A DNA stretch of 64,000 nt from Ignavibacteriota bacterium (GTDB lineage: Bacteria; Bacteroidota; Ignavibacteria; UBA10030), in the NCBI GenBank assembly GCA_963727825.1, contig CAVSHO010000009.1:768001-832000 (forward strand), given 5' to 3'. Both the position numbers and the translations under genes were made by a program. This document shows positions 8,963 through 19,443 of the stretch, one piece after another (the first letter of the stretch is position 1; each line of letters opens with the position of its first letter). A model generated the notes under the pieces. The model was not told the DNA's origin and searched no databases. It saw only the letters and a program-made list of their open reading frames with translations.

Positions 8963-9782
8963 TCTCAGCCTTAGAAGGTAAAGGATTTAGTTGGATGTGC
9001 TTAAGCGCTTGCGCTGCAGCAGCCTGTTCAGCTTCTTTCTTGCTTCTGCCAAAACCACTACCATAAAACTGTGTGCCAATTAAAACTTCTATGGTAAAGC
9101 GCCTATCATGTTCGGGCCCTTCTTCATGTATAACAGAATAACGTGGAATACCCAGCGAGCGTGCTTGCGCATATTCAAGCAGTGTGCTTTTATAGTTGTC
9201 ATCTGTTATAGCAGAATTGAACACTTTGGTGTTTTTCAATAGTGTCGCATAAATAAATTTTCGCGATGCTTCCAATCCGCCGTCCAAATATATAGCTCCG
9301 ATAACAGATTCGACAGCATCCGCAATAATTGACTCTGAGCCGTTATCAATAGATTGCGCTGCGCTTGAGCTCAACAGCATATAATCTGATAAGTGTAAAT
9401 CTTTTGCCCGTTGTGCCAGAATTTTCCTGTTGACTAACCGCGAACGTAATTTTGTCAGTTCCCCCTCTTCCATCTCAGGGTAAATTACGAAGAGGTGCTC
9501 CGCTACTACAAAATTCAAAATTGCATCGCCTAAAAATTCCAGTCGTTCATTGGAATTCCACTGATCTTCGAGAAACTGAAGATAGGAACGATGAAGCAGT
9601 GCTTGCAGGAAAAGTTTCCAATTGTGCGGATAGTACTGAATGGCTTCTGTGAATCGTACAAAATCAAATTTTGTAGAGTGGAGTTTCTCTATAAGTAATT
9701 GGAACTGCTCGTCCCGTGAGTAACGAGAAAACCATTGTATTCGAAGTCGGCAACAAAGCCGACGGAGTACGTTATTCAACAC
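8943..9782 (-). CDS. rnc: Ribonuclease III
   Basis: NERLEFLGDAIL signature and dsRBD (GRSKKEAEQAAA). Start uncertain. Confidence 0.95.
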   Translation of the reverse strand: MLNNVLRRLCCRLRIQWFSRYSRDEQFQLLIEKLHSTKFDFVRFTEAIQYYPHNWKLFLQALLHRSYLQFLEDQWNSNERLEFLGDAILNFVVAEHLFVIYPEMEEGELTKLRSRLVNRKILAQRAKDLHLSDYMLLSSSAAQSIDNGSESIIADAVESVIGAIYLDGGLEASRKFIYATLLKNTKVFNSAITDDNYKSTLLEYAQARSLGIPRYSVIHEEGPEHDRRFTIEVLIGTQFYGSGFGRSKKEAEQAAAAQALKHIQLNPLPSKAENENSAT

Positions 9783-9818
9783 AACTCCTTTAGTCCCACT
9801 GAAAACACATGGGGAGGA

Positions 9819-11084
9819 TTAGTGTTCTTCTTGATACCTTCTAAACAGAAGGGAGGCGTTATGTCCGCCAAATCCAAACGTGTTACTGATCGCTACACTG
9901 ACATTCCAATCCTGTGCTTTATTTGGAATGTAATTCAAATCGCATTCAGGATCAGGAGTCTCATAGTTAATTGTTGGGTGTACTTTGTTATTCTGAATCG
10001 CTAAGATGGTTGCTACAGATTCGATCGCACCTGCCGCGCCAAGAAGATGACCTGTCATAGATTTTGTTGAATTGACGGCAATATTTTTGGCGTGTGCACC
10101 AAAAACTGTTTTAATTGCGGCTGTTTCAGATTTATCCCCCGGCGGTGTTGATGTACCATGAGAGTTCACATGGTCAATGTCATCTGGAGTTAATCCTGCA
10201 TCGTGGATAGCAATACGCATTGCACGCACTGCACCTTCTCCTCCGGGAGCCGGCTCGGTGATATGATGTGCGTCTGCAGAAAAGCCAATGCCACAAATTT
10301 CTGCATAAATTTTTGCATCGCGTTTTATAGCATGACCAAGTTCTTCCAAGATGAGAATACCACCGCCCTCGCCCATCACAAAACCGTCTCGATTTTTATC
10401 GAATGGGCGGCTAGCTTTTTGAGGATCATCGTTACGCGTTGAAAGAGCTTTTAATGCATTGAATCCGCTGACACCCATTGGACAAATACTCGCCTCGCCT
10501 CCACCTGTAACCATAACATCAGCATCACCGCGTTGAATATGAATAAACGAATTACCAATAGAATGAGACGATGTTGCACATGCAGAAACCGTTGCGTAAT
10601 TAACACCTTTTAGGCCATAAATCATTGAAATACGTCCCGCAGCAATATCGGGAATCAACATTGGAATAAAGAATGGACTGATAAGGCGCGGGCCTTTTCC
10701 TTCTATAAAATTCATAAATTGCTTATGGTACGTCCACATGCCTCCAATACCTGAACCGTAAATCACGCCAATACGTTCACGATCTTCTTTCTCGAGATTC
10801 AGTTCTGAATCTTTCATTGCTTCATGGCAGGCGGCAATTCCGTACAATGTAAATAAATCGGCACGCTGCGCAAGCTTTCGATCCATATATTTCAGAGGGT
10901 CGAATCCCTTTACTTCGCAGGCAAATTTTGTTTCGTATGCGCTGGCATCAAAGAGTGTAATCGGGCCTGCACCGCTTTTTCCATCAATCAACGCTTGCCA
11001 ATAATCCTGCACAGTATTACCCAGGGGTGTAATGACTCCCATTCCTGTCACAACTACCCGTCGTTTGTTTGCATCAAACGCCAT
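9819..11084 (-). CDS. fabF: Beta-ketoacyl-ACP synthase II
   Basis: RRVVVTGMG, SACAT, HGTST, GHLLGAAG and NTFGFGGHN motifs. Confidence 0.97.
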   Translation of the reverse strand: MAFDANKRRVVVTGMGVITPLGNTVQDYWQALIDGKSGAGPITLFDASAYETKFACEVKGFDPLKYMDRKLAQRADLFTLYGIAACHEAMKDSELNLEKEDRERIGVIYGSGIGGMWTYHKQFMNFIEGKGPRLISPFFIPMLIPDIAAGRISMIYGLKGVNYATVSACATSSHSIGNSFIHIQRGDADVMVTGGGEASICPMGVSGFNALKALSTRNDDPQKASRPFDKNRDGFVMGEGGGILILEELGHAIKRDAKIYAEICGIGFSADAHHITEPAPGGEGAVRAMRIAIHDAGLTPDDIDHVNSHGTSTPPGDKSETAAIKTVFGAHAKNIAVNSTKSMTGHLLGAAGAIESVATILAIQNNKVHPTINYETPDPECDLNYIPNKAQDWNVSVAISNTFGFGGHNASLLFRRYQEEH

Positions 11085-11222
11085 TGTTTTTTTCCCTTGT
11101 CAAAATACAACAATGCCAAGCGTCGTACGTATCTGCACGACTCACAAAACCATCTTATTTTATTGAAGAGAGCAAAGCCTGTTAAACCAGCTATACTCTT
11201 TCCATCTCGTTACCAAGAATTA

Positions 11223-11459
11223 TTAGATACCCTTTGTTTTTAAATAGTTGAGTACATCGTTAACATTTGTGATTTTTTCTGCATCTTCATCCGGAATTTG
11301 GATGTTGAATGCTTTTTCGAATTCCATAACTAACTCAACAGTATCGAGGGAATCAGCACCGAGATCATTTGTAAATGACGCTTCTGGTGTTACCTGAGCA
11401 GCATCAACGCCTAATTTTGATACGATAATTTCTTTTACTTTTTCAGCAGTATCCGCCAT
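11223..11459 (-). CDS. acpP: Acyl carrier protein
   Basis: [14 protein letters not shown]. Confidence 0.98.
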   Translation of the reverse strand: MADTAEKVKEIIVSKLGVDAAQVTPEASFTNDLGADSLDTVELVMEFEKAFNIQIPDEDAEKITNVNDVLNYLKTKGI

Positions 11460-11510
11460 TTTATTACTCCTTGGTTTATTGATAGAATATTACTTGAATT
11501 ATTTATTCAT

Positions 11511-12257
11511 TTACATAACAAGTCCGCCGTCCACATTTAATACTTGGCCGGTAATATAGCTTGCAGCCGGAGATGCAAGGAAGACGACGACATTTGCAAT
11601 TTCTTCCGGCTTTGCAATTCGTTTCATCGGAATCACATTTATCAATGTCTCTCGCTGTTGAGGCGTGAGCTTCTGCGTCATCTCAGTATCGATGAATCCC
11701 GGTGCAACCGCATTCACTTGAATATTGCGAGATGCAAATTCTTTTGCAAGTGTTTTCGTAATACCGATAACACCCGCTTTTGAAGCAGAATAATTCACTT
11801 GACCTGCGTTGCCCATTATCCCAACTACTGAAGCGATATTGACAATTTTTCCTTGTCTTTGACTAAGCATTTGCCTTGATGCGGCTTTACAAAAATTAAA
11901 CGTGCCTTTCAAATTAATAGCGATTACAGAGTCCCATTCGTCTTCTGACATGCGCATTATCAAGTTGTCCCGTGTAATGCCTGCATTGTTAACAAGAATA
12001 TCGATGTGTTGGTATTCCTTTACCACGGCATCTACCGTGCTTTGTGCTTCAGCAAGATTGCGGACATCGGATTGAATCGCTGTTGAACGAACGCCTTTAG
12101 CGTGGATTAAGTTGATCACCTCGTCCGCCGCTACTTCCAAACGTATATCGGTAAATGCTACATGCGCACCTTCTGAGGCAAGCTTCAGAGCAATTTCCCG
12201 ACCTATACCACGCGCACCGCCGGTCACCAGCGCTACTTTATTATCAAGAACGCCCAT
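11511..12257 (-). CDS. fabG: 3-oxoacyl-ACP reductase
   Basis: TGGARGIG, NNAGITRD and YSASK motifs; fab cluster context. Confidence 0.96.
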   Translation of the reverse strand: MGVLDNKVALVTGGARGIGREIALKLASEGAHVAFTDIRLEVAADEVINLIHAKGVRSTAIQSDVRNLAEAQSTVDAVVKEYQHIDILVNNAGITRDNLIMRMSEDEWDSVIAINLKGTFNFCKAASRQMLSQRQGKIVNIASVVGIMGNAGQVNYSASKAGVIGITKTLAKEFASRNIQVNAVAPGFIDTEMTQKLTPQQRETLINVIPMKRIAKPEEIANVVVFLASPAASYITGQVLNVDGGLVM

Positions 12258-12316
12258 ATAACACCTTTAAAATAACACTAAGAAAACTGTTATACTTTGA
12301 CTTTATCAACCGATCT

Positions 12317-13231
12317 CTATTTTGTATTAGTGATGTTGCTCAATTTTTCAAGTCCGATAATTTTTACATTTCCATCAATCCGTTTCACCAGTCCTTGAAG
12401 TACTTTGCCAGGACCTATCTCGACAAACGTTGCGGCACCATCGGCGATCATGTTTACGATGCTTTCTTCCCATTTTACTGGACTGACAAGTTGCCGGATT
12501 AATAGATTACGTATATCATCCGCAAAATGCATCGGTCGAGCCGTGACATTTGCATAGATAGGAACTGCAGCATCGTAAATTTTTATTTTATCCAAGGCTG
12601 CTTTTAATCCAGCCCGCGCGGACTCCATTAGCGGAGAATGAAACGCACCGCTTACTGGAAGCTCTTTTACAATCCTTGCGCCACGTGTCTTTGCAAGTTC
12701 CATTGCCTTTCGTACACCAGCGAATGAACCTGAAACTACAATTTGTCCAGGCGAGTTGAAATTTGCTGCTTGCACAATTCCAGCTACCGAGGCTTCACCA
12801 CACAATTCGTTGACAATCTTTGAATCAATGCCAACAATGGCAGCCATTGTACCTTGACGCTCGACACCAGCTTGCTGCATTAATTCACCGCGCAGCCGAA
12901 CAAGTTTTAACCCATCTTCAAATGTCAATGCACCAGCCGCAACTAACGCAGAATATTCACCAAGCGAATGTCCTGCAGTCATTTCAAACTGTGCTTTATC
13001 TATAAGATGAAAAAGAACAATACTGTGCAAAAAAATTGCTGGCTGCGTGTTTTTTGTTTGTTTCAGTTCTTCTTCCGGACCTTCAAAACATACTTTGCTG
13101 ATGGAGAACCCGAGTATTTCATTTGCTTTGTCAAAGAGAGCTTTCGCTTCTGAGCTCCCTTCATAAATGTCTTTGCCCATACCGACATATTGTGAACCCT
13201 GTCCCGGAAAAATAAATGCTGTTTTCGCCAT
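12317..13231 (-). CDS. fabD: Malonyl-CoA-ACP transacylase
   Basis: FPGQGSQ, GHSLGEY and GAFHS motifs. Confidence 0.97.
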   Translation of the reverse strand: MAKTAFIFPGQGSQYVGMGKDIYEGSSEAKALFDKANEILGFSISKVCFEGPEEELKQTKNTQPAIFLHSIVLFHLIDKAQFEMTAGHSLGEYSALVAAGALTFEDGLKLVRLRGELMQQAGVERQGTMAAIVGIDSKIVNELCGEASVAGIVQAANFNSPGQIVVSGSFAGVRKAMELAKTRGARIVKELPVSGAFHSPLMESARAGLKAALDKIKIYDAAVPIYANVTARPMHFADDIRNLLIRQLVSPVKWEESIVNMIADGAATFVEIGPGKVLQGLVKRIDGNVKIIGLEKLSNITNTK

Positions 13232-13234
13232 TGA

Positions 13235-14245
13235 TTATAATTTTTCTGGGTTCATCAGCGACCATTTTACTAACATGGAGCCCCAAGTATAACCTGCACC
13301 AAATGAAGCAAGAACAATATTTTGTCCGCGCTGCAATTTACCGGCTTGCCACCATTCTGATAAGCAAAGAGGAATTGTTGCCGCTGTTGTATTACCAAAC
13401 CGATCGATATTAATCATTACTTTGCTGTTGTTAATTCCCATCCGTTGCGCTGTTGCCTCAACAATTCGGAGATTTGCTTGATGAGGTACAAGCCATGCGA
13501 TATCACTGCTCTTCAGATGGTTTCGTTTCATAATTTCTTCTGAGACATCCGCCATACAAACAACAGCGCTCTTGAATACAGCTTTTCCATCTTGAAATAC
13601 ATAGTGCATCTTTTTATCAATCGTTTCATGGGTTGGCGGGTTAAGACTTCCCCCTCCTTTTATGTTCAGAAAAACTCCGCCGGAACCGTCACTATACATA
13701 CATTGGTCAATAATGCCATAATCTTTTTCGTCTGTAGGTTCAAGCAGTGCTGCCCCCGCAGCATCGCCAAATAAAATGCAAGTGTTACGATCTGTATAAT
13801 CGGTGATAGAGCTCATCTTGTCCGCGCCGACGACAACAACTTTAGAATGCAATCCAGTTTCGATGAAGCGCGCGCCAACGCTTAGCGCAAACAGAAAGCC
13901 AGAACATGCTGCATTCAAATCAAAACCCCATGCTTTGCTGGCACCGATTTTTTCTTGCACCACGTATGCCGTTGCTGGCAGCATCATATCCGGTGTTATG
14001 GTCGCAACGATTATCAAATCAATTTCTTCGGCGGTGATACCGCGACGAGACAGCATTTGCTGAATCGCCTTCACAGCTAAATCTGAGGTTGCCCCGTGTT
14101 CAAGAATACGCCGCTCACGAATACCTGTTCGTGTGCGAATCCATTCATCGTTGGTGTCAACCATTTTTTCAAGATCAGCATTCGTAAGAATCTTTTCTGG
14201 AACATAGTGGCCAACTGCTGTAATTGCTGCTCGTCGTAATTCCAT
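13235..14245 (-). CDS. fabH: Beta-ketoacyl-ACP synthase III
   Basis: AACSGF, PHQAN and GNT motifs. Confidence 0.97.
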   Translation of the reverse strand: MELRRAAITAVGHYVPEKILTNADLEKMVDTNDEWIRTRTGIRERRILEHGATSDLAVKAIQQMLSRRGITAEEIDLIIVATITPDMMLPATAYVVQEKIGASKAWGFDLNAACSGFLFALSVGARFIETGLHSKVVVVGADKMSSITDYTDRNTCILFGDAAGAALLEPTDEKDYGIIDQCMYSDGSGGVFLNIKGGGSLNPPTHETIDKKMHYVFQDGKAVFKSAVVCMADVSEEIMKRNHLKSSDIAWLVPHQANLRIVEATAQRMGINNSKVMINIDRFGNTTAATIPLCLSEWWQAGKLQRGQNIVLASFGAGYTWGSMLVKWSLMNPEKL

Positions 14246-14252
14246 CGTTATC

Positions 14253-15275
14253 TTATTGAAACCCTTTCTCTGCCAAAGCCGTTTCGATTTGCCGATTTAC
14301 TTGACTCTGTGCCACTTCTGAAGCACGGAGAATCATATTCTTAATACCTTTTGCCGTTGAATTCCCATGACCAATAATTACTACACCATTCACTCCCAAT
14401 ACCGGCACACCGCCTTCTTCGTTTGGATCCATATCTTGAAGTGATGCTTTTAGAGGCCACAATGACATACCTACAGCGATTTTGCTGAACATACCACGTT
14501 TGGAGAACTTTTTCAATCGGTATTTTAAGAATGAGGGTACACTTTCGCCGAACTTCAAAACAATATTCCCTACAAAGCCATCGCACACAACAATATCTGC
14601 TTTTGATTTGAGGATATCGCCGCCTTCTACATTTCCGATAAAATTGTATTTACTTGCTGAAAGAAGTTTATAAGCTTCGAACACTGCTTCACTGCCTTTT
14701 GATTTTTCTTCTCCTACATTGAGCAGGGCTATTGAAGGGCGCTCTTTCTTCCTCAGAAGTTGAACATAAACACTTCCCATTACTGCAAATTCATACAGAT
14801 GCTGCGCGCGGCAATCGACGTTGGCGCCGGCATCGACCAATAAACAACTACCATGCTCTGCAGGAATAAACGTACCAATCGTCGGGCGGCTGACATGTTT
14901 AATACGCCCCAAAATAAGTGTCGCAGCTGAAAGTACAGCGCCGGTATTTCCAGTACTGACACACGCATCAACATTTCCTTCTTTTTGAAGACGTATCCCG
15001 ACGGATAGGGAAGAGTCTTTCTTTTGTTTGAGGGCGGCGGTTGGGGAATCTTCCATAGTGATGACTTGTGAAGCATGTATTACTACAAATGGAAGATGCT
15101 CTACTTTTTGCAATGCAAGTTGATGGTGAATAGCTTGCTCGTCTCCCACAAGAACAATTTCAAACTGATCACGAGATACCCGGAGTGCCTCTACTGCACC
15201 TGCAACTTCACGCTCAGGTGCATAGTCTCCACCCATAGCATCAAGGGCAATACGTAATTTCTTGGGAGATTCCAT
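14253..15275 (-). CDS. plsX: Phosphate acyltransferase
   Basis: DAMGGDYAP, GNTGA and DGFVGNIVLK motifs. Confidence 0.97.
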   Translation of the reverse strand: MESPKKLRIALDAMGGDYAPEREVAGAVEALRVSRDQFEIVLVGDEQAIHHQLALQKVEHLPFVVIHASQVITMEDSPTAALKQKKDSSLSVGIRLQKEGNVDACVSTGNTGAVLSAATLILGRIKHVSRPTIGTFIPAEHGSCLLVDAGANVDCRAQHLYEFAVMGSVYVQLLRKKERPSIALLNVGEEKSKGSEAVFEAYKLLSASKYNFIGNVEGGDILKSKADIVVCDGFVGNIVLKFGESVPSFLKYRLKKFSKRGMFSKIAVGMSLWPLKASLQDMDPNEEGGVPVLGVNGVVIIGHGNSTAKGIKNMILRASEVAQSQVNRQIETALAEKGFQ

Positions 15276-15325
15276 GAAATTCGCTTCTGATACCTATCTT
15301 CCGGTACCGAGGCGTATCCTACTAA

Positions 15326-15508
15326 TTAGGCTTCCTTTGGAGTGACTATAGAGCGGCCATTATAGAATCCGCAGTGGGGACATGCCCTGTGCTGCAGTTT
15401 TTGTTCGTGGCAATTCGGACATTCTTGCGTTGATGGTATTGTTGCCTTGTAATGTGTTCGGCGTTTACGACCACGCGTTTTAGAATGTCTTCGTTTAGGA
15501 TTAGGCAT
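15326..15508 (-). CDS. rpmF: 50S ribosomal protein L32 (zinc-ribbon type)
   Basis: MPNPKRRHSKTR...CPNC...HRACPHCGFY. Confidence 0.97.
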   Translation of the reverse strand: MPNPKRRHSKTRGRKRRTHYKATIPSTQECPNCHEQKLQHRACPHCGFYNGRSIVTPKEA

Positions 15509-15532
15509 AATATACTTCCTTAAATAATATAC

Positions 15533-16051
15533 TCAATTATGGGATAGTTTCTTTAGCTCATCCCAACGCGAGTCTACCTCTTGATCATCGCAAGAGCAAC
15601 TCGCAAGATTTTTATTCACTCCGCATGTAGGGCAAAATCCCTGACATTCTTCACTACATAAAAGCTTTTGTGGGACTGTCAACAAAAGGTATTGCCGTAC
15701 ATCATCATCAAGGTCGACATAGTTCATATCAGCCGTGAGGATTTGTATTTCTTCCTCTTTAGCCATATCGGCTGTGGAACGGGCACCTTGAACATACACC
15801 ATTGAATAAGCTGTATTTAATTCTTGATGAAAATTTTCAAGGCATCGGTCACAGAAAAAACTTCCTTCAGCCAGTATTTTTGCTCGAAAAAAGATTTGAC
15901 CTATGTTTTTATCAAGATTAACTTCAACTTCAATGATACTGCAAAAACGCTCGTCCAGGCCAATCTTTGAAGGCTCCGCCTCAAAGTGATACTCGTGAAT
16001 TCCTTCCGAGAGGTTTGAGATATTAATCCGAAATTCAGCCACTGGACCCAT
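15533..16051 (-). CDS. yceD: YceD/DUF177 family protein
   Basis: CDRCL and LCSEECQGFCPTCG...DSRWDELK motifs; upstream of rpmF. Confidence 0.9.
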   Translation of the reverse strand: MGPVAEFRINISNLSEGIHEYHFEAEPSKIGLDERFCSIIEVEVNLDKNIGQIFFRAKILAEGSFFCDRCLENFHQELNTAYSMVYVQGARSTADMAKEEEIQILTADMNYVDLDDDVRQYLLLTVPQKLLCSEECQGFCPTCGVNKNLASCSCDDQEVDSRWDELKKLSHN

Positions 16052-16125
16052 AACGTGAACCCCGGTTTAACCGGAAGCCATAGAAATTGGCAAAAAATGA
16101 ACATACTTTGCAAAAAACGTTTGTA

Positions 16126-16154
16126 AATATACCTAATTCTATGAATTGAATCAA
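16126..16154 (-). promoter_or_regulatory. Sigma70-type promoter for the yceD-rpmF-fab operon
   Basis: TTGATT-17 nt-TATATT. Confidence 0.65.
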
Positions 16155-16380
16155 GAAAAAAGTCTCGAACGCGAGAAAGGAACCGACATATAATCTATTG
16201 GTTGGACGACTGAGTCGGTAAGATTTATATGTTTAAGCAATATCTTTCAACTATTGGCAAATAGTTGTTGAGGATAATTCTATAATTATTTTTTTATTTG
16301 ATGATTGACTGATTCGTGTGGCGGGTTATTATTTGATTTCAATTCTTCCTTTTTCAATGTTTTTTAAATACACTAAACAA

Positions 16381-17031
16381 TCAAACTCCAAATTTATTTA
16401 AAATAAAATCAATTTTACCTCTCAATCCTAATCCATATCCAAAACGAGATGCTGTACCGCGCCAACGATGTTTAATAAATTTTTCAATAGGAAATGGTTT
16501 CAACAAATATCCTCTTTGTTGAGCTACAATGAAATTCTTCAAGACCGGTTGCCCATGATGCTCAAATGGTGGAAGTGTAAAATACAAACTTCGATGTAAC
16601 ATCATATAGGCCGGGGCAAGAATTATCGCTCCTTTTTCTACTTGGAAGCCGCGTTTATTAACCATTACTTGTTGTCCAATTCCGTAAATGTTTGTCGATG
16701 TTTCAAGTTCTGTTTGCATTTGTTCTAGAAAACCACATTCTTTCGTTTCTGTGTCTGAATCAAGGAAAAAAACATACTTTTTGTTTATTGCACTCATCAC
16801 TCGATGCATTGCGGGGCCGTGATAAATGTTTTTTTTAAAGAACACTGTTCTCGTCTTTTTTGGGGACAGCTTTTCAAGTTCACATATAACTTCCAGCGAA
16901 TTGTCTTTTGAACCATTGTCTACAATAAGCAAATCAATTTGTGGGTAGTAATATCGGAATGATTCAACTGCAACTTTCAAAAGATCCGGTGTCTGGAAGT
17001 TAATAATAACAGTGGAAATAGAATCATTCAT
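16381..17031 (-). CDS. Glycosyltransferase family 2 protein
   Basis: IVDNGSKD and FLDSD (DxD) motifs. Confidence 0.85.
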   Translation of the reverse strand: MNDSISTVIINFQTPDLLKVAVESFRYYYPQIDLLIVDNGSKDNSLEVICELEKLSPKKTRTVFFKKNIYHGPAMHRVMSAINKKYVFFLDSDTETKECGFLEQMQTELETSTNIYGIGQQVMVNKRGFQVEKGAIILAPAYMMLHRSLYFTLPPFEHHGQPVLKNFIVAQQRGYLLKPFPIEKFIKHRWRGTASRFGYGLGLRGKIDFILNKFGV

Positions 17032-17150
17032 TTAGATTTCTTATACTAGATTATATTACTGCTAAAAAGGGGTAAAAATAGGTGATATTGTTAAATCTGT
17101 GCTTTTAATTCCCAGAAAATTTTTAATAAAGTAATAAATAATAGTTGTCA

Positions 17151-19436
17151 TTAATGGCGAACGACCGCCACTTTTCCAGTCACAGTCTGTAATCCATTCT
17201 CGGTGTATGCAAAAATAAAATAGATACCGGACGCAACAAGAGCACCATTCTTATCTCGTCCATCCCAAAATGCCCTGCCGCCTCCCTGTGCATCAAATTG
17301 TTTAACTACAGAACCGCTCACAGTCACTATTTTAATTGTGCTATTAGCAACTAAGTTGCGGATGGTCAGAGGCTGGTCACTTGGCAAAATAAACGGATTA
17401 GGACCGCACTCTATTGAAGAATATGCTCGGTTTATCTGCACGGCTGGAATCGCCAAACTTGACAGACCTTGTTCCGTCCCGAAATAGGCAATGCCGCGTT
17501 TCTGATCAATGGCAATTGATCGTACGTTGTTAGACAGCATGACATTTATTTGTTGAAGCCACACTATAACTTGCAGTAGTTGCGTGCCGTCTGCGTTAAC
17601 AACAAAGACCCCTTCTCTCGTTCCAATCCATTTATTATTTACTGCGTCAACTGCAATCGATTGGATAACTTGTTCTCTTAGCGAAAATGATGTGCTAAAC
17701 GATTTTGGATTGAGTGGATCGAGATTAATAACAACGCCAAGGCCCGTCCCGACCCAAACTTCCCCATCAAGATCAATCGCTACCGAAAGTACAACGTTAC
17801 TGAGAAGACCATCGTCTGTGGATAATTTCATCCAGCCGTTTTGGTCTGTCCCTGTGACGTTTTTATTTTCATTAAAGATAATCAAGTACTGTTCGTCCAT
17901 ATGCCAAGGTACAGTAGTGGCGATCCACTTTGTATTATTAGGATCGATGACGATATCATGAAAATTAGTGTACGGGCCTTGAAAAAATGTTCCTACTGTA
18001 TCTGCATCACTATCGAGTCGAAGAAGGCTGGTTGCCGTAAGATTCGACCTCGTTGTAATCCAAGTCTTTCCTTGTCCATCTACTGCAACACCACCAACAA
18101 CAACATAGTCAAAAAGGTCGCCTGTACCAGCTCCGAGAAGTCTTGGCGCAGAATAATAATTTAGCTTACGCCGAATTGTATCTGCAACAATTTCAACCAG
18201 ACCATCGCCCCATGAACATGCCCAGACAGAACCATTCGCACCAAGCGAAACCTTATAGTAAAAATCAAACGGCTGGTAATTGTTTTGTTGACTATTATAT
18301 TGCCACATTATATGATTGTTCGCACTAGTAAAGTTTTTCCATTGCTTATTATCGGGGAAAGAAGCATTGTACCTATAAAAACCAGCTGGCGAAGTTTCAC
18401 CAGATCCACACCAAAGTACTCCATTTTGATCAATAACCAGACTATTAAAAAAATTAGAATTAGGTCCGTTCGGATATAAATATTTCCAGCCGGCACCTGT
18501 CAATTGAGCAAATCCGGAATCCGCTGTCCCTATCCGAAGTGAAGAAGTTGGAATGATATAGACTCCCTGGACACTAGAATTTGAAGTTATATTCTGCGGA
18601 ACATCAAGTATAGAAGCAAGTGTCTCTATTGTAAAATTTGAACCGGAACTAGAAAGTACGTATAGTTTGCCATTAATAACTCGAAGATCAATAATAGGTA
18701 TACTATTTAATAATGGAACAGCTTTAGGTGTGGTATCGTTGAGGGCAAAATATGCAGCGCCATTTGCGGTTCCAATAACTAATGCATCATTGAATACGGC
18801 AAGTGCTGTTACCGCGCTCGAGGCAATTCCCGGGAACGATGTAAACTGAGCCCACAGACCTGATCCTAAGTAAGAGCTTGCAAGCCCTTTGTCAGTTCCA
18901 ATCCACATTCGGTTTTGTTGAAGAGCCATGCAAGAAACTTGCGGCGATATAAATCCCAAATTTTGATATGTATCTTCAAATTCCCAGCGTGATTTTTTAA
19001 AGATTGAAACGCCAAATTCAGTGACAATGAAAACTGTATCTCCTTTAAAACTAAAGGATTGAATTCCCTTGTTAATAGATCCTGTACTATTCGCTATGTC
19101 TGCAATTGTTTGCCACTGTTGTGTGTTAATATCATAGACATTCACCCATCCACCCTCTCCGCCAACCCAGATGTAATGTGTGCCATCAAAATTAATAGCG
19201 CGAACATTATTCGTATCTAAACCATCAATATTGGTGTATTTGGTAAACAAACCGCTCGTCGTATCAAAGGCAAATACGCCGCCACCTGTTGCCGCCCAGA
19301 TGCTGTTTCCAACCAGCACTGCGCTGCGCACCGACTTCATATCTGTAAATGATTTCCACTCTCCAACATGCTGTTGACTTTGTGCATAAATTATAAGAAA
19401 GAGAAAAGCGAAGATAAATAAAGAAGTGCGATTCAT
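17151..19436 (-). CDS. porZ: Type IX secretion PorZ-like protein (beta-propellers plus C-terminal Ig-like domain)
   Basis: Signal peptide, GEWKSF, WAATGGG, propeller repeats (KWIGT, WVGT) and C-terminal PNPF...WDGRD..G..VASGIY...KVAVVR. Confidence 0.8.
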   Translation of the reverse strand: MNRTSLFIFAFLFLIIYAQSQQHVGEWKSFTDMKSVRSAVLVGNSIWAATGGGVFAFDTTSGLFTKYTNIDGLDTNNVRAINFDGTHYIWVGGEGGWVNVYDINTQQWQTIADIANSTGSINKGIQSFSFKGDTVFIVTEFGVSIFKKSRWEFEDTYQNLGFISPQVSCMALQQNRMWIGTDKGLASSYLGSGLWAQFTSFPGIASSAVTALAVFNDALVIGTANGAAYFALNDTTPKAVPLLNSIPIIDLRVINGKLYVLSSSGSNFTIETLASILDVPQNITSNSSVQGVYIIPTSSLRIGTADSGFAQLTGAGWKYLYPNGPNSNFFNSLVIDQNGVLWCGSGETSPAGFYRYNASFPDNKQWKNFTSANNHIMWQYNSQQNNYQPFDFYYKVSLGANGSVWACSWGDGLVEIVADTIRRKLNYYSAPRLLGAGTGDLFDYVVVGGVAVDGQGKTWITTRSNLTATSLLRLDSDADTVGTFFQGPYTNFHDIVIDPNNTKWIATTVPWHMDEQYLIIFNENKNVTGTDQNGWMKLSTDDGLLSNVVLSVAIDLDGEVWVGTGLGVVINLDPLNPKSFSTSFSLREQVIQSIAVDAVNNKWIGTREGVFVVNADGTQLLQVIVWLQQINVMLSNNVRSIAIDQKRGIAYFGTEQGLSSLAIPAVQINRAYSSIECGPNPFILPSDQPLTIRNLVANSTIKIVTVSGSVVKQFDAQGGGRAFWDGRDKNGALVASGIYFIFAYTENGLQTVTGKVAVVRH

Positions 19437-19443
19437 AAGATAC

